DNA from: Minisyncoccia bacterium
GTDB taxonomy: Bacteria > Patescibacteriota > Minisyncoccia > Phycocordibacterales > UBA9973
Assembly (NCBI GenBank): GCA_044229265.1
Contig: JBGATK010000005.1
Coordinates: 14,963 to 78,962 of the forward strand
Direction of reading: 5' to 3'
DNA length: 64,000 bases
Shown in pieces: positions 1 to 9,303 of the stretch (position 1 is its first letter; each line of letters starts with the position of its first letter). The position numbers and the translations under genes are program-made. The notes beneath the pieces are model-generated. The model did not search any database. It saw only the letters and a program-made list of their open reading frames with translations, and was not told the DNA's origin.

Positions 1-163
1 TATTTAAATCAAAACTACCGTCATAGTTTATTTTAATTGGGATAACTTCGTATTTATTTTTATTTATAGCATCTATCACATTTTTAGAAGAATTTATAGA
101 CACCTCGTGCTCTGCACTTCTACCACCAAAAAGTATTGCTATCTTTAGTTTATTTTTACTCAT
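1..163 (-). CDS. ddl: D-alanine--D-alanine ligase, N-terminal part; gene continues beyond window start
   Basis: Minus-strand translation from the ATG at 163 reads MSKNKLKIAILFGGRSAEHEVSINSSKNVIDAINKNKYEVIPIKINYDGSFDLN, which matches the conserved Ddl N-terminus (AxLFGGxSxEHEVS). There is no stop before position 1. Confidence 0.6.
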   Translation of the reverse strand, partial: MSKNKLKIAILFGGRSAEHEVSINSSKNVIDAINKNKYEVIPIKINYDGSFDLN

Positions 164-177
164 AACTTTATTATATA

Positions 178-942
178 CTAAACTTCTAAAACTGCATTTT
201 TGAAATCTTTTGGCATTTTGGTTATGTTTTCTGCGCCTTTTGTTTTGATAACCATCATGTCTTCTATGCGTACACCACCGAGGCCTCGAATGTATATACC
301 GGGCTCTATCGTCATCACGCAACCTACTGGCAGAGTGTCAGTAGTATTTGGCTTGAAATTCGGCCATTCGTGGATGACTGTGCCCACGCCGTGCCCTAGA
401 CCATGCTTGAAATTATTTTTATATTTTTGTGCGAGGAAAGACCTCGCACAAGTGTCTACTTTTTTAGCATCTTTCTCCCCTTTTTCAAGTAGCTTGATGG
501 CTAGTTCATTTGCACGCAAGACATCTTTATAAATTTTAAAAAGTTTTTCTTGTTTTATTTTTCCTTTTTTATCAATTGATAGTCCAAAGAAAAATGTGCG
601 AGTCATGTCTGAGCAATAATGATTCACTGTGGTACCAAAGTCTAGCATGATAATGTCACCCAATTTTAACTTTGTATCATTTGGCTCGTGGTGAATATTG
701 GCAGTATTTTTTCCAAAGGCCACTATCGGCGTAAAAGAAAGTATCGGCGCATCGTATTTTACAAATTGATTTTTGATGAAATTTTGAACTTCTAATTCAC
801 TTATATTTAGCTTAAGAAATTTCAAAACATCAGCCAGAACTTTCTCAGATATCCTTTGCGCTTTGATAATATTTGCGAGCTCTGCTTTAGTTTTAGGCGC
901 CCTAACTTCATGTATTAATTTAGTGTTATTATTTTTTCCCAT
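178..942 (-). CDS. M24 family metallopeptidase (Xaa-Pro aminopeptidase/prolidase-like catalytic domain)
   Basis: HGLGHGVGTVIHEWP matches the M24B signature H-G-x-G-H-x-x-G-x-x-V-H-E. DFG...D metal ligands are present, and the 254-aa length is that of the catalytic domain alone. Confidence 0.7.
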   Translation of the reverse strand: MGKNNNTKLIHEVRAPKTKAELANIIKAQRISEKVLADVLKFLKLNISELEVQNFIKNQFVKYDAPILSFTPIVAFGKNTANIHHEPNDTKLKLGDIIMLDFGTTVNHYCSDMTRTFFFGLSIDKKGKIKQEKLFKIYKDVLRANELAIKLLEKGEKDAKKVDTCARSFLAQKYKNNFKHGLGHGVGTVIHEWPNFKPNTTDTLPVGCVMTIEPGIYIRGLGGVRIEDMMVIKTKGAENITKMPKDFKNAVLEV

Positions 943-2006
943 GGCAAATTTTCTTTTCCAAAGTGGCCGTATTTGGCAGTTTGGCTGTAAATTGGCTTTT
1001 CTAATTCTAATTTTTCGATTATGGCTCTCGGGCGGAAATCAAAATTCTTTTTTACTACAATGCTCAAGTCTTCACCTTTTTCATTTATAGCTTCTATCAT
1101 GAGGGGCTCAGCCATGCCTATAGCATAAGCTACAGATACGAGGGCTTCTTTTGCAAAACCATTTGCTACTAAATTCTTAGCCACAAACCTACACATATAA
1201 GCACCGCTTCTGTCTACCTTGGTAGCATCTTTGCCAGAAAAACACCCTCCGCCGTGCGGTATGAGGCCACCATAAGTATCTACCATGATTTTGCGACCAG
1301 TCAGCCCTGTGTCAGCATAAAAACCACCAGTAGTGAATGAACCAGAAGGATTAACAATAATTTCTACGCCTATAAAATCTGCCCCTAGAACTGGCGCAAT
1401 TATTTTTTCAGTAATTTCTTTTTTAATTTCTTCGTTGGTTATATTTACATCATGCTGAGTACTTACGAGTACGGTTTTTACTTTACCACCTATTATTGTT
1501 ATTTGTGTTTTGCCATCAGGTAAGAGCCATGCTATTTCGCCGGACTTTCTTTTTTCTTCCAAAGCTTTCGCGAGTTTGTGGGCAAGCACTACACCTCTAG
1601 GTAAATATTCTGAAGTTTCATCTATAGCAAAACCGTACATTATGCCTTGGTCGCCAGCACCACCTGTGTCTACTCCGCCTGCTATCTCGCGGGATTGAGT
1701 AACCACTTGCACAGCGATATCTAGCTCTTCTTTGTAGCCGATATTTTTGTAAACATCTTTTGCAATTTGTGCGTAATTTATTTTAGCATTTGTAGTTATC
1801 TCGCCACCTATAACGAGGTGTCCGTGCCCGCCAAAAACTTCGACAGCCACACGACTCTTTGGATCTTCGTTTAGACAAGCGTCCAAAATAGCGTCAGAAA
1901 TTTGGTCGCAAACTTTATCAGGGTGTCCTTCGGTTACAGATTCGACTGTGTAATTGTCATTGTGTTTATAAAACATAAAATTCAGTATAGCATTAATTTT
2001 TTGCAT
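915..2006 (-). CDS. metK: S-adenosylmethionine synthetase
   Basis: Contains the GHPDKVCDQISDAILDA motif and is 363 aa, the typical MetK length. Confidence 0.9.
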   Translation of the reverse strand: MQKINAILNFMFYKHNDNYTVESVTEGHPDKVCDQISDAILDACLNEDPKSRVAVEVFGGHGHLVIGGEITTNAKINYAQIAKDVYKNIGYKEELDIAVQVVTQSREIAGGVDTGGAGDQGIMYGFAIDETSEYLPRGVVLAHKLAKALEEKRKSGEIAWLLPDGKTQITIIGGKVKTVLVSTQHDVNITNEEIKKEITEKIIAPVLGADFIGVEIIVNPSGSFTTGGFYADTGLTGRKIMVDTYGGLIPHGGGCFSGKDATKVDRSGAYMCRFVAKNLVANGFAKEALVSVAYAIGMAEPLMIEAINEKGEDLSIVVKKNFDFRPRAIIEKLELEKPIYSQTAKYGHFGKENLPWEKIITLN

Positions 2007-2034
2007 TAAAAAGTATATCTGTTAAGATTAAGAC

Positions 2035-2964
2035 ATGCCTAAAAATACAAAAAACAATAAAGAAAAAACAGAAATAAAATCTATAATAAATGAGAAAAAC
2101 ATATCAAATGCTGATGTGGTGTTCCTTTCTTGTTCTTACGACAAAACGGCATCCAGCCATAAAGGCACAGCTATGGGACCAAAAAAGGTTATAGAAATGC
2201 TCGAGAGTCAAATTGAATTTTATGACAGATCTTTAAATGTAGAGATGATTGATTATATAAAAAGTGCACATAAAGACATGGGTAATTTGAATAAATTCTC
2301 GCCCGATGATGTTTTACGCAAAATTCACGCTACTGCTGAAGAATTAGTAAATATGGATAAGTTTGTTTTCGTGCTTGGAGGTGAGCATTCTGTACCACTT
2401 GGACTTTACCAAACTCTTGCGGATAAATACAATCCGAAGGATGTGACCATACTGCAAATAGATGCACACCTCGACATGCGCAACGACGATAGCGATTACA
2501 GTAAGAATCCTACGCACCTCGCCCACTCGACCATAATGCGCAGAGCTCATGAGTTAGGATTTAATATAATAAATGTCGGAGCTCGAAGCTTTTCGAAAGC
2601 TGAATTAGATTATGCAAATAGTTTCAAAAATATAAAAGTCTTTCAATTTGGACACCCAATGAAGAAGCCAGAAAAAGAAGAAATCCTAAAAGCTATCAAG
2701 ACAAAATATTTATACATCACCATAGATGTGGATGGTTTTGATCCATCTGTAATGCCTGGCACCGGCACTCCAGTCCCTGGTGGCCTAAAGTGGAACTATG
2801 GTATGAAGCTCATAACAAAAGCCATAAATAAAAAAGGCACCACATTAATTGGTGCCGACATAGTCGAAGTCTCTCCGCAAAAAGAAACAGTTATAACCGA
2901 ATACGCTTCTGCGCAGCTCGCTTATAGTATAATCTGCGAAAAATTCAAAACTAGAGTGAAATAA
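2035..2964 (+). CDS. Arginase/agmatinase/formimidoylglutamase family hydrolase
   Basis: Carries the GGEHS, DAHLDMRN and DVDGFDP manganese-binding motifs of the ureohydrolase family. Confidence 0.7.
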   Translation: MPKNTKNNKEKTEIKSIINEKNISNADVVFLSCSYDKTASSHKGTAMGPKKVIEMLESQIEFYDRSLNVEMIDYIKSAHKDMGNLNKFSPDDVLRKIHATAEELVNMDKFVFVLGGEHSVPLGLYQTLADKYNPKDVTILQIDAHLDMRNDDSDYSKNPTHLAHSTIMRRAHELGFNIINVGARSFSKAELDYANSFKNIKVFQFGHPMKKPEKEEILKAIKTKYLYITIDVDGFDPSVMPGTGTPVPGGLKWNYGMKLITKAINKKGTTLIGADIVEVSPQKETVITEYASAQLAYSIICEKFKTRVK

Positions 2965-3019
2965 AAAAATCCCCGGCAGTTTATTACCAGGGAAATAATT
3001 GTTTACAATAGGTCTTTCT

Positions 3020-3715
3020 TTATGCGGTCTTCAAAAACAAAAAGAAGTTTTTGAAAAATTTATAAACACTTGAGAACACAAATCTTAATGTGAACCCAAA
3101 TGTTGCACCGAGGATAAATGGCAGGTTTTTAAATAGTCCAGACTTAATCATTGCTAAAATGTAGTACTTAAATCTCAAACAATTGCCAAATTTCCTAATT
3201 TCCTCATCTTTATTCCACTTATCAAATGAAATAAGATTAATAAATAATAAAGAAAGTGAGGACATTGCAAATCCTAAAATAATGTAAGTTCCTAAAAAGG
3301 TTATTAATCCATTAATTAAATTGGACAATGGGCCATACTTTAAATAAAACAAGTCAACAAAAGCAAATACTAATGGATATACCATCATAATACTAAAAGA
3401 AAGTATTGTAACAATTGCTACTCCAACTCTGGCATTGTACTTTTGTTCAATTGCAATCGAGTCAGTGTTTGGTTCTCTTCCGAAAATTTCATCTTTCTCA
3501 TTCCAAATGAAAGCGATAATGAAAATTAAAGGGAAGAAAATCAAATTCCACCAGTGGGAAATTTGAAGTGCATTAGGAAGATTTATCTCCCAAGTATCCC
3601 AAATGATTAAGGTTTTTTCATACAATGGTGTAGCTCTTGTAGCCAACAACACTGTGTAAGTGACCATGGTCATAAATGTAAACCAAAGGTACAAAGAAAA
3701 CTGTTTCCAATTCAT
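3020..3715 (-). CDS. Polytopic membrane protein, function unknown
   Basis: 231-aa ORF with multiple hydrophobic helices. No recognisable family. Confidence 0.4.
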   Translation of the reverse strand: MNWKQFSLYLWFTFMTMVTYTVLLATRATPLYEKTLIIWDTWEINLPNALQISHWWNLIFFPLIFIIAFIWNEKDEIFGREPNTDSIAIEQKYNARVGVAIVTILSFSIMMVYPLVFAFVDLFYLKYGPLSNLINGLITFLGTYIILGFAMSSLSLLFINLISFDKWNKDEEIRKFGNCLRFKYYILAMIKSGLFKNLPFILGATFGFTLRFVFSSVYKFFKNFFLFLKTA

Positions 3716-3907
3716 AAAAAATTAATTAATATGTGAAAGAAATTTTGCGTCTACTCTCTTTGATTATGCTGATTTTCAACGCACCACTCAGCGAATTCTT
3801 ATATAGAATAGCACACTTAGTAGTAAAAGTCAAGTTTATTGTCCTAAATAAAAAAAATAGTCACTTAAATTTAAGCGACTATTTGTATCTTATTGCAGAG
3901 AATAATT

Positions 3908-4144
3908 TTAATCTTCTGCGTATTTTACACTCAAGGCAATTACCCTAAGTGTATCTTCAGGGCAATTCTTTTTTATTAAAAAATATTCCATAGTATCTTT
4001 TTTTGTAATCTGAAATATTTGATCCCCTTCAACCGGGGTGTATTCTTTACTGTTAGCTGCTCCCACAACAACTCCAGCAACAAACCAGCAGGAAGTTAAA
4101 GTAAACATAAAAGATACGACGATAAGAAATAATACTTGTTTCAT
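3908..4144 (-). CDS. Small putative lipoprotein
   Basis: Signal peptide followed by LTSC (lipobox-like). 78 aa. Confidence 0.35.
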   Translation of the reverse strand: MKQVLFLIVVSFMFTLTSCWFVAGVVVGAANSKEYTPVEGDQIFQITKKDTMEYFLIKKNCPEDTLRVIALSVKYAED

Positions 4145-4308
4145 TTTTAATTGATTTAGTTAGGTAAAAAATAATATCCCATTTATATGAGGTGCTATTT
4201 TTTTCCTAACTAAATTTCTATTTCAAAGAACTACTTAATTACACATAAAGTATACCATACTTAATGATAAAAGTCAAGCATATTTGCTATTTTTCTTATA
4301 GAATAAGG

Positions 4309-5166
4309 CTATAATCCTTCTTCTTTTAGCTTTTCGAGTAATTCTTTAGCTTTATTTGAGATTTTGTGCGGGAGCTTGATATGGATTTTTACATACAAAT
4401 CCCCTTTTGTACCTTTAAAAACAGCTTCGCCTTTGCTAGACATTTTCAAAGTCTCACCACTATGCACACCAGCTGGTACTGGAATAGTTATTTCTTCAGT
4501 TTTTTTCAAAATTCCTTTTCCTCTGCATTCATCACAAACTTCTTTTGGAATTTCACCAGATCCAAAACAATAATCGCATAAACGAGTATTATTTATATTG
4601 CCGAGTATAGTTCTTTTAACTTCATGAATTTTTCCTTTGCCGCCGCAAGTTTTACAAGTATCCATCTTACTACCCTTTTTTGCACCACTACCACTACAAT
4701 TATCACATTCACTATTTTTTGTAACTGTAATTTTTTTATTTACACCGAGTATTGCTTCTGTAAAAGATATATTTATTTCAGTTTGCAAATCTCTTCCGCG
4801 ACGAGATTGCGCACGAGAGCCGCCACCGAAAAAGTCTGAAAAAATATCATTGAGGTCAAATTCTATTCCGCCCCCCTGACCAAAGCCACCGCCAAAGTCG
4901 AAGCCTTCAAAACCACCAAAGCCACCGCCTTGATTTGATCCACCACCCATATTTGCGTACTGCGAGCCAAATCTGTCGTACTGAGCGCGTTTTTGGTCAT
5001 CAGAGAGGGTCTGGTAAGCTTCATTTGCTTCTTTGAATTTAGTTTCATTGCCTTCCTTTTTGTCAGGGTGATACTTGTGGGCGAGCTTATAAAACGCTTT
5101 TTTAATTTCGTCTTTAGTGGCTCCTTTATTTACACCTAAAATTTGGTAATAATCTTTATTACTCAT
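4309..5166 (-). CDS. dnaJ: Chaperone DnaJ (compact form)
   Basis: J domain (DYYQILGV...HPD), Gly/Phe-rich region, four CxxCxGxG zinc-finger repeats and a C-terminal GDLYVKIHIKLP motif. It is about 90 aa shorter than canonical DnaJ. Confidence 0.8.
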   Translation of the reverse strand: MSNKDYYQILGVNKGATKDEIKKAFYKLAHKYHPDKKEGNETKFKEANEAYQTLSDDQKRAQYDRFGSQYANMGGGSNQGGGFGGFEGFDFGGGFGQGGGIEFDLNDIFSDFFGGGSRAQSRRGRDLQTEINISFTEAILGVNKKITVTKNSECDNCSGSGAKKGSKMDTCKTCGGKGKIHEVKRTILGNINNTRLCDYCFGSGEIPKEVCDECRGKGILKKTEEITIPVPAGVHSGETLKMSSKGEAVFKGTKGDLYVKIHIKLPHKISNKAKELLEKLKEEGL

Positions 5167-5208
5167 AGTTTTTATATATTAACAGAATTCTAATAAAATT
5201 CAATTTTC

Positions 5209-6672
5209 TTAAATCATCGGCTCTGATTCTACTTCTTTTTGATTTTCTTTTTCTTCGTCATTCTTACTTCCATGTCCTCTGATTGCAGATTTTTCCTCTG
5301 CACTACGAATTATAGTTGCCTCTTCTTCTTCGATAAGTTTTCTGGCTGAATCTTTTGGAATCGCGTATTTTCTACGAGAGGCCGCGATGATTTCTTCTTT
5401 GTATGAAGGGTGCGTAGGTGGTAATACACGCAAGGTTTCAGCAGAAAATGGATCATAACTCTCGCCATCAATAGTCATTTTGACATAAAATTCTCCTACA
5501 GCTAGGTTGATCAAATCTTTAATATCAAAAATAGGGGCGAACTCTGGTTTTAATTTTACAGCATCTTCGCCACCTACACGAAATGCAATAACCGAACCCA
5601 CATTACCTAGAACTGCTTGATGAACTTTTGGAATTATTTGCCCTACGTATTGATGCGCCATAGTTAAATTGAGTCCATATTTACGAGCTTCCGAAAGAAT
5701 ATTTTCAAAAGTTTGAGTTACGATATTTTGGAACTCGTCCACATATAAATAAAAATCATAACGCTGATGCTCGGGTATAGCTGCGCGTTCCATACCTGAC
5801 TGTTTGATTTTTGTTAAAAACATCGAACCAAAAAAACTAGAGTTCTCTTCACCAATGCGTCCTTTGGAAAGATTAATCAAAATAATTTTCTTATTATTCA
5901 TCAGTTCTGAGATAGAAATTTTATTTTCTCTCTGGCCGAAAATATTTCGAAGGAGTGGATCAGACAGGAATTGGCCTAATTTATTTACAAGTGGAATAAT
6001 AGCATCGGTATCGAACTTCTCAGACCAATCAGCGAATTCGATAGCGAAGAATCTTTTAACCATATCATCTTGAATATATTCCACTACTTTTTGACGATAA
6101 TTTCTATCCGTAAGCATGCTGATCATACCGCGCATTGTGGCATAAGGATAGTCGAGTAGTGCGAGGCAAGTAAAACGAAATACGTGTTCGAGACGAGGAG
6201 TCCAGTTTGCACCGAATTGCTTTTGGAGGACTTCGATGAGTCCTTGAGTAAGTTGGAATTTAAACATCGGATCCACATTGGAAAGTGGATTAAATGATGC
6301 TGGATATTCTGTATCTGAAGGGTCTATAATACATACATCCTCGATACGCTCCCGTGGAATATAATCCAAGATTTGATCTATGAGTTCACCGTGTGGATCT
6401 ATAACACAAAGTCCATGGCCATAAGAAACATCTTGCCTGATAAAAAGTTCGAGTAATTTGGATTTGCCAACTCCGGATTTTCCTATGATATATAAATGCC
6501 TACGCCTGTCGACACGCTTGAGTCCAAAAATAAATTTCTTTTCTTCAAGAGCAGCTACGTAATTTGTACGCCCAATAAAAGAAGCTTCTTCCGGCCTAAC
6601 TTTACCAAATATCGGAAGCTCTGGTGGTGGTGGAGCGTATTTAATTATCTGCACTCTATTACCCTTTGCCAT
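5209..6672 (-). CDS. P-loop NTPase, VirD4/TraD/TraG coupling-protein-like (possibly HerA/DUF87-like) ATPase
   Basis: Walker A GKSGVGKSK, a VIDPHGE motif, Walker B FYLYVDEFQN and MAHQ. 487 aa. The family assignment is inferred by eye only. Confidence 0.45.
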   Translation of the reverse strand: MAKGNRVQIIKYAPPPPELPIFGKVRPEEASFIGRTNYVAALEEKKFIFGLKRVDRRRHLYIIGKSGVGKSKLLELFIRQDVSYGHGLCVIDPHGELIDQILDYIPRERIEDVCIIDPSDTEYPASFNPLSNVDPMFKFQLTQGLIEVLQKQFGANWTPRLEHVFRFTCLALLDYPYATMRGMISMLTDRNYRQKVVEYIQDDMVKRFFAIEFADWSEKFDTDAIIPLVNKLGQFLSDPLLRNIFGQRENKISISELMNNKKIILINLSKGRIGEENSSFFGSMFLTKIKQSGMERAAIPEHQRYDFYLYVDEFQNIVTQTFENILSEARKYGLNLTMAHQYVGQIIPKVHQAVLGNVGSVIAFRVGGEDAVKLKPEFAPIFDIKDLINLAVGEFYVKMTIDGESYDPFSAETLRVLPPTHPSYKEEIIAASRRKYAIPKDSARKLIEEEEATIIRSAEEKSAIRGHGSKNDEEKENQKEVESEPMI

Positions 6673-6723
6673 ATGTTCTTTTATTTTAACATAAATACAA
6701 AATTTTGTATTTATAAAATTTAA

Positions 6724-7473
6724 TTGTATTATATAATTATGAAATTACACAGATTTATCGGAGAGTATAATTTGAATCAAAATTTGGTAGAAATCACAAA
6801 TCCTGAAAATATCAAGCAAATAAAGGGTGTTTTGCGGTTAAAAGAAGGAGAGAGTGTTGTTTTGTCAGATGGACTTGGATCTCAAGTAGAAGCCAAGATC
6901 ACTTCTCTTGCGCATGATAAAATAATTTGTGAAATAATTAGAAAATTAGAAAGTTCAGAGCCGAAGAAAAAAGTCAGTCTTTGCCTCGCTATACTTAAAA
7001 AAGAAAACTTCGAACTAGCAGTACAAAAAGCTGTCGAATGCGGTGTGAGTGAAATAATTCCCATAATTACAGAAAGGACAATCAAGACTGGGCTCAATAT
7101 GGAAAGGTTAAATAAAATAATTCTAGAAGCGAGCGAGCAATGCGAGCGAAGTGTGGTACCAAAACTTCATGAAATAATTAAATTCGAAGACGCTATCAAG
7201 GGCGGAGGCAATTCCTCCGCTAGTTTAGAGAAAGTAATTTTCACCCCGTCACTCGCGAGCGACAGGGTAAATACAGAAAATTCTACAGAGTATACACCGA
7301 ACAAAAATGCCAGTGATGCTAGTATTTTTATTGGTCCTGAAGGTGGGTTTACAGAAAATGAAATAATTCTTGCAAATAAATATGGCTACACTGTCGCTTC
7401 TTTAGGAAACTTAATATTACGCGGAGAAACTGCAGCGATAGTCGCTACCTATCGTGTTGTAAACGGAGTTTAA
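6724..7473 (+). CDS. rsmE: 16S rRNA (uracil1498-N3)-methyltransferase RsmE
   Basis: N-terminal HRFIGEY motif and C-terminal IFIGPEGGFTENE SAM-binding motif typical of RsmE. Confidence 0.75.
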   Translation: MYYIIMKLHRFIGEYNLNQNLVEITNPENIKQIKGVLRLKEGESVVLSDGLGSQVEAKITSLAHDKIICEIIRKLESSEPKKKVSLCLAILKKENFELAVQKAVECGVSEIIPIITERTIKTGLNMERLNKIILEASEQCERSVVPKLHEIIKFEDAIKGGGNSSASLEKVIFTPSLASDRVNTENSTEYTPNKNASDASIFIGPEGGFTENEIILANKYGYTVASLGNLILRGETAAIVATYRVVNGV

Positions 7474-7474
7474 A

Positions 7475-8089
7475 TTATTTTTTAAATTCGTAAACTTTTA
7501 CTTTGGCAGGTCTTAAAATCTTGTCTTTCATTTTATAGCCAACTTGAATAATACTTTCTATTTTATGATCTTTTTCTGGTACATCTGTAGAAACAAGCTC
7601 AACCGATTCGTGAAGATTTGGATCGAAAATGTCACCCACAGAGCCCAAGCTCTTTACTCCATATTCTTCGAAAATAGAATTCATTTGATTGTAAATATAT
7701 TCTACTCCCACTCGCCAAGCAGGATCTACTTTTTCCCAAGCATTTTTATTTGCAAAAGCCATACTAAAGCTATCAGCTAATGCTAAAAAACTTTCAAGTA
7801 TTTGTTCCCGAATAGTTTCCTTGCGACGTTCCAACCTATCATTTTCTTCTTTTTTGTAATTAGCAAAATCTGCTCGCTCCTTCTGCCAGCCAGTCAAATA
7901 TTCTTCCTTTTCTTTCTTTGCCTGCTTTAAATCATTACGGAGTTTCTTTAAAGTCTTCTTCAAATCTTCCTCACCATCATCGTTAAATTCAAATTCTAAA
8001 ATGTCATCTTCTGCCTCCTCGGGAATTTCAGCCTCTACAACTTCCTCATTTTTTAAATCTAGATTTTTTGTATTTTCTTCATCTTGCAT
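7475..8089 (-). CDS. grpE: Nucleotide exchange factor GrpE
   Basis: RADFANYKKE (GrpE ADFxNYRKR motif), a coiled-coil N-terminus and a C-terminal beta domain. Confidence 0.8.
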   Translation of the reverse strand: MQDEENTKNLDLKNEEVVEAEIPEEAEDDILEFEFNDDGEEDLKKTLKKLRNDLKQAKKEKEEYLTGWQKERADFANYKKEENDRLERRKETIREQILESFLALADSFSMAFANKNAWEKVDPAWRVGVEYIYNQMNSIFEEYGVKSLGSVGDIFDPNLHESVELVSTDVPEKDHKIESIIQVGYKMKDKILRPAKVKVYEFKK

Positions 8090-8104
8090 AAGTGCATTTT
8101 AGCA

Positions 8105-8136
8105 CAAAAAAATCCCTTCGAAAAGGGATTTTTTTG
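8105..8136 (-). terminator. Rho-independent terminator after rpsI
   Basis: ATCCCTT-CGAA-AAGGGAT hairpin (8112-8129) flanked by an A-run and a T-run, immediately downstream of the rpsI stop on the minus strand. Confidence 0.5.
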
Positions 8137-8148
8137 TGTATTTTTATT

Positions 8149-8553
8149 TTAACGTTTTGACCATTGTGGAGCTTTGCGGGCTTTTTTGAGACCGAATTTT
8201 CGGCGTTCTTTTGCACGAGGATCACGCTTTAAGTATCCAGCTTCTTTGAGCTCACCACGGATATTGCCATCGTGCAATACAAGAGCACGAGCGAGTCCAT
8301 GACGTACAGCTTCAGCTTGAGAATGATGTCCTCCGCCAGAAACTTTTACTTCTACAGAGAATTTTAATTTACCTTTAGATAATGCAGTAGCAAGCATAAC
8401 ACGTTCTTCTTCTGTCTTGAAAAATTCTTTTATATCTGCGCCGTTTATTACAAAACTAGTTTTAGCAGCTTCACGAATGCGAACACGAGCAGTAGAGGTT
8501 TTTCTGCGACCCAATCCTTCAAAATATTCTGATTTTTTTTCTTTCTTTTCCAT
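8149..8553 (-). CDS. rpsI: 30S ribosomal protein S9
   Basis: C-terminus KRDPRAKERRKFGLKKARKAPQWSKR. Confidence 0.95.
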   Translation of the reverse strand: MEKKEKKSEYFEGLGRRKTSTARVRIREAAKTSFVINGADIKEFFKTEEERVMLATALSKGKLKFSVEVKVSGGGHHSQAEAVRHGLARALVLHDGNIRGELKEAGYLKRDPRAKERRKFGLKKARKAPQWSKR

Positions 8554-8564
8554 TTTTATTAAAA

Positions 8565-8933
8565 TTAATTTTCTATTTTTAAATTCTTTACCATTTCCTT
8601 GTGAAGTTTATTTTTTGGAAGCATACGGTCTACAGATAACAAAAGTAGTGCTCCGTATCCTTTCTTCTCTACTGTTTCTTTTGCTGTAATAGAACGAAGT
8701 CCACCTGGATATCCTGAATAACGTTCATGAGTTATCGATGCAAGTTTTGTTGGAGAAATTGACATTTTTGAGGCATTTATAACCTTTACTGGAGAACCAG
8801 AAAAAACATTTCTTTCAAAAGAAACTTTGTCTTTACCCATAAGAGCTGTAGCTATGGAAGTAGCCACCCTGCCTAAACTCTTACCTGTTGCGTCTATTAT
8901 TTTTTCTTCTTTTTTTATCATATATTTATACAA
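8565..8933 (-). CDS. rplM: 50S ribosomal protein L13
   Basis: IDATGKSLGRVATSIATAL... matches the L13 N-terminus. Confidence 0.95.
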   Translation of the reverse strand: MYKYMIKKEEKIIDATGKSLGRVATSIATALMGKDKVSFERNVFSGSPVKVINASKMSISPTKLASITHERYSGYPGGLRSITAKETVEKKGYGALLLLSVDRMLPKNKLHKEMVKNLKIEN

Positions 8934-9279
8934 ATTCTATTTGTGCCATAGGTGCGCCATCCGACTTACGAACGCCTAATTTAAGAATACGAACATATCC
9001 GCCAGTTCTATCAGTATATTTTGGAGCAATTACTTCAAAAAGCTTTTTCGCATCACGCTTATTGTTGTCTAACTTTGCTACAACTAATTTTCGATTTGCA
9101 AGCGTATCTTTCTTTGCTTTGGTCAACAATTTTTCAACAAATGGTCGTAGCTCCTTTGCTTTTATAAGTGTAGTTTTCATTTTTTCGCGCACTATCAAAT
9201 TACGTGCAAGCGAAGAAACTAGTGCATCACGCTTAGACATTGTTCTCCCGAATTTTCTTTTGTTATTATGGTGTCTCAT
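8926..9279 (-). CDS. rplQ: 50S ribosomal protein L17
   Basis: MRHHNNKRKFGRTMSKRDAL is an L17 signature. Confidence 0.95.
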   Translation of the reverse strand: MRHHNNKRKFGRTMSKRDALVSSLARNLIVREKMKTTLIKAKELRPFVEKLLTKAKKDTLANRKLVVAKLDNNKRDAKKLFEVIAPKYTDRTGGYVRILKLGVRKSDGAPMAQIEFV

Positions 9280-9303
9280 ATCCTTTTTTAAAAATTAAAT
9301 AAA

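Noticed and set aside
200-532. 110-aa plus-strand ORF
   Set aside because: Lies entirely antisense within the M24 peptidase gene, with Pro/Arg-rich low-complexity translation. It is typical of a shadow ORF.
3733-3948. 71-aa plus-strand ORF between membrane protein genes
   Set aside because: Its 3' end overlaps the 3' end of the minus-strand lipoprotein gene. It has no RBS-like sequence and a low-complexity product.
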